Shown: piece by piece, positions 62,663 to 64,000 of the stretch | Position numbering within the stretch: the stretch's first letter is position 1 | How the letters are laid out: the number at the start of each line of letters is the position of its first letter | Source of the DNA: Felis catus | Taxonomy: Eukaryota | Assembly: GCF_018350175.1 (NCBI RefSeq) | Contig: NC_058368.1 | Location: 52,764,001 to 52,828,000 of the forward strand | Direction: 5' to 3' | Length of the DNA: 64,000 nt | Translations under genes and position numbers: made by a program | Notes under the pieces: generated by a model | Told to the model about the DNA's origin: nothing | Databases searched by the model: none | Seen by the model: the letters and a program-made list of their open reading frames with translations, nothing else

Positions 62663-64000
62663 GACTTCTGAGAGACACAAACATCAAAAGGACCAGTTAC
62701 GATTAAACTATAGCTCCAGCCCTGCAGTTACAGTAAGGACAAAACTTTCCATAAATTGAGCAGTCATGCTCTGGAAAAATGTTTCCCGGTATGGACTCAC
62801 GGTATTCAGCCACTAATGTTTGAATCTAAACAAAGGTGACATGATATTAGCATCTCAGCTTCTTTTCTGTCTTCTGTTCTTAGCACAGACCTTGAAGGAT
62901 GACTGGGCTCATCACGACATGCTTTTTGTGAGGCACGCGTTTAAACCACACTTCTGGTCTAGTTATATGATACCAGGTTCAAAATGTTAACAAGAAGGTT
63001 GAGCTACTAGATCTGTTGGCCAAGATCACCCTTCGGTGTGCTAAGATTGTGGGAACAACACAAATGTCTGCTTCTCCAATGGACCTGTTATGGGGGACAG
63101 TCTCAGATGCCTCTCAGAGGAGAAATTGCCTTAAGCACATTTGAGTCATTAAGTGCCAGAAAGTAATTAGATTACCTTAATAGTTATTCCTGAAACTAAA
63201 GAAGGATTCAAGCAAGGGCTGTCTCCGTTGTCAGTACAGCTTTGATTTCTTGTATTGAAATGGAATTCTGAGGTAGAAAGGAACACTCTGAAATGAATGA
63301 AATGTAAGGTCCAAGAGGGACTGGGTTGTATCTTATAATTCTACATAAACCCATGGTACCCACAAAGTTCTGATCATCTGGTTTCTTTCATTCTTTATCC
63401 AGTGCAGGCTAATCTATTCTGGCCAGACCTTGCCTGTTTTGTTCTGTAACTTCAGAGGGCAGAGCAGTTCCTGGCAAGTAAATATTTTGCTAAACACATA
63501 AATAAATGGATCGAAGGATGCCCTTTTATTTGTGGAAACGAGTCCAGCTGTAAGCGGCAGTGTACAATCTGTGGTGGGGAGTGGCGACAAGGACAACATG
63601 GTCCTGAGTATTGAGCCATCCAGTTGGGTGGGAAGGTCAGACTCTCTTGGGGAAAATTCCTGGTTTAAAGGATACCAGGGAAGCTCTGAGTACCCAAAGC
63701 TCTTTCCAGTGACCAAGGTCCAGGGGCAGGAACGTGACCAGGTATGATTAATTTCAAGCTGTACTCCAGTTGAAATTGGTTCACTACTAATGTAATGTCA
63801 TTGCATTATTGTGTTTTCAATTTAATAAAGCAAATTATAACCCCAAAGAGCTTCTACAGAAAGCTAGATCAGCTAGTTTATAAAAACCCAAACACGAACC
63901 TTTGTTATTTAGTTTTCAACTACAGGTAGTTATACTTCTAAAGTCATTATTTATATGTTGTCAGGAGTACTCACCAAATTTATTGACTTGTACATTATTC

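Noticed and set aside
1..64000. CRISPR array, prokaryote-type system or other novel multi-gene system
   Set aside because: The sequence is mammalian non-coding DNA; dispersed repeats are SINEs with TSDs, with no regular repeat-spacer arrays and no long ORFs

Overview
Mammalian, almost certainly felid (cat-like), non-coding DNA. It is AT-rich and carries about 24 tRNA-Lys-derived CAN-SINEs, including several near-consensus SINEC_Fc copies with 15-17 bp target-site duplications (TSDs). It also holds older L1, L2, MIR, L3/CR1, hAT MITE (MER5/MER20/Charlie1-like) and LTR (MER67-like, MLT1) relics, plus microsatellites. I recognise no protein-coding gene, and the listed ORFs are short and mostly SINE- or microsatellite-derived or chance. 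Several long transposon-poor blocks (about 4.6-7.5 kb, 29.4-32.7 kb, 54.5-63.4 kb) rich in homeodomain/TALE/TCF-type motifs, and a small orphan CpG island at about 31.9-32.2 kb, suggest a large intron or gene desert with conserved regulatory elements, but the locus cannot be named from sequence alone. I found no convincing new biological system. The best observations are a triple-nested SINE insertion at one site, a 62-bp non-repeat insert between perfect 17-bp direct repeats (probable ultra-truncated retrocopy), an L1 5'-end joined to an L1 3'-end, and a few candidate exons with strong splice signals. Repeat family names come from my recall of consensus sequences, not a database search, and boundaries of old repeats are approximate.
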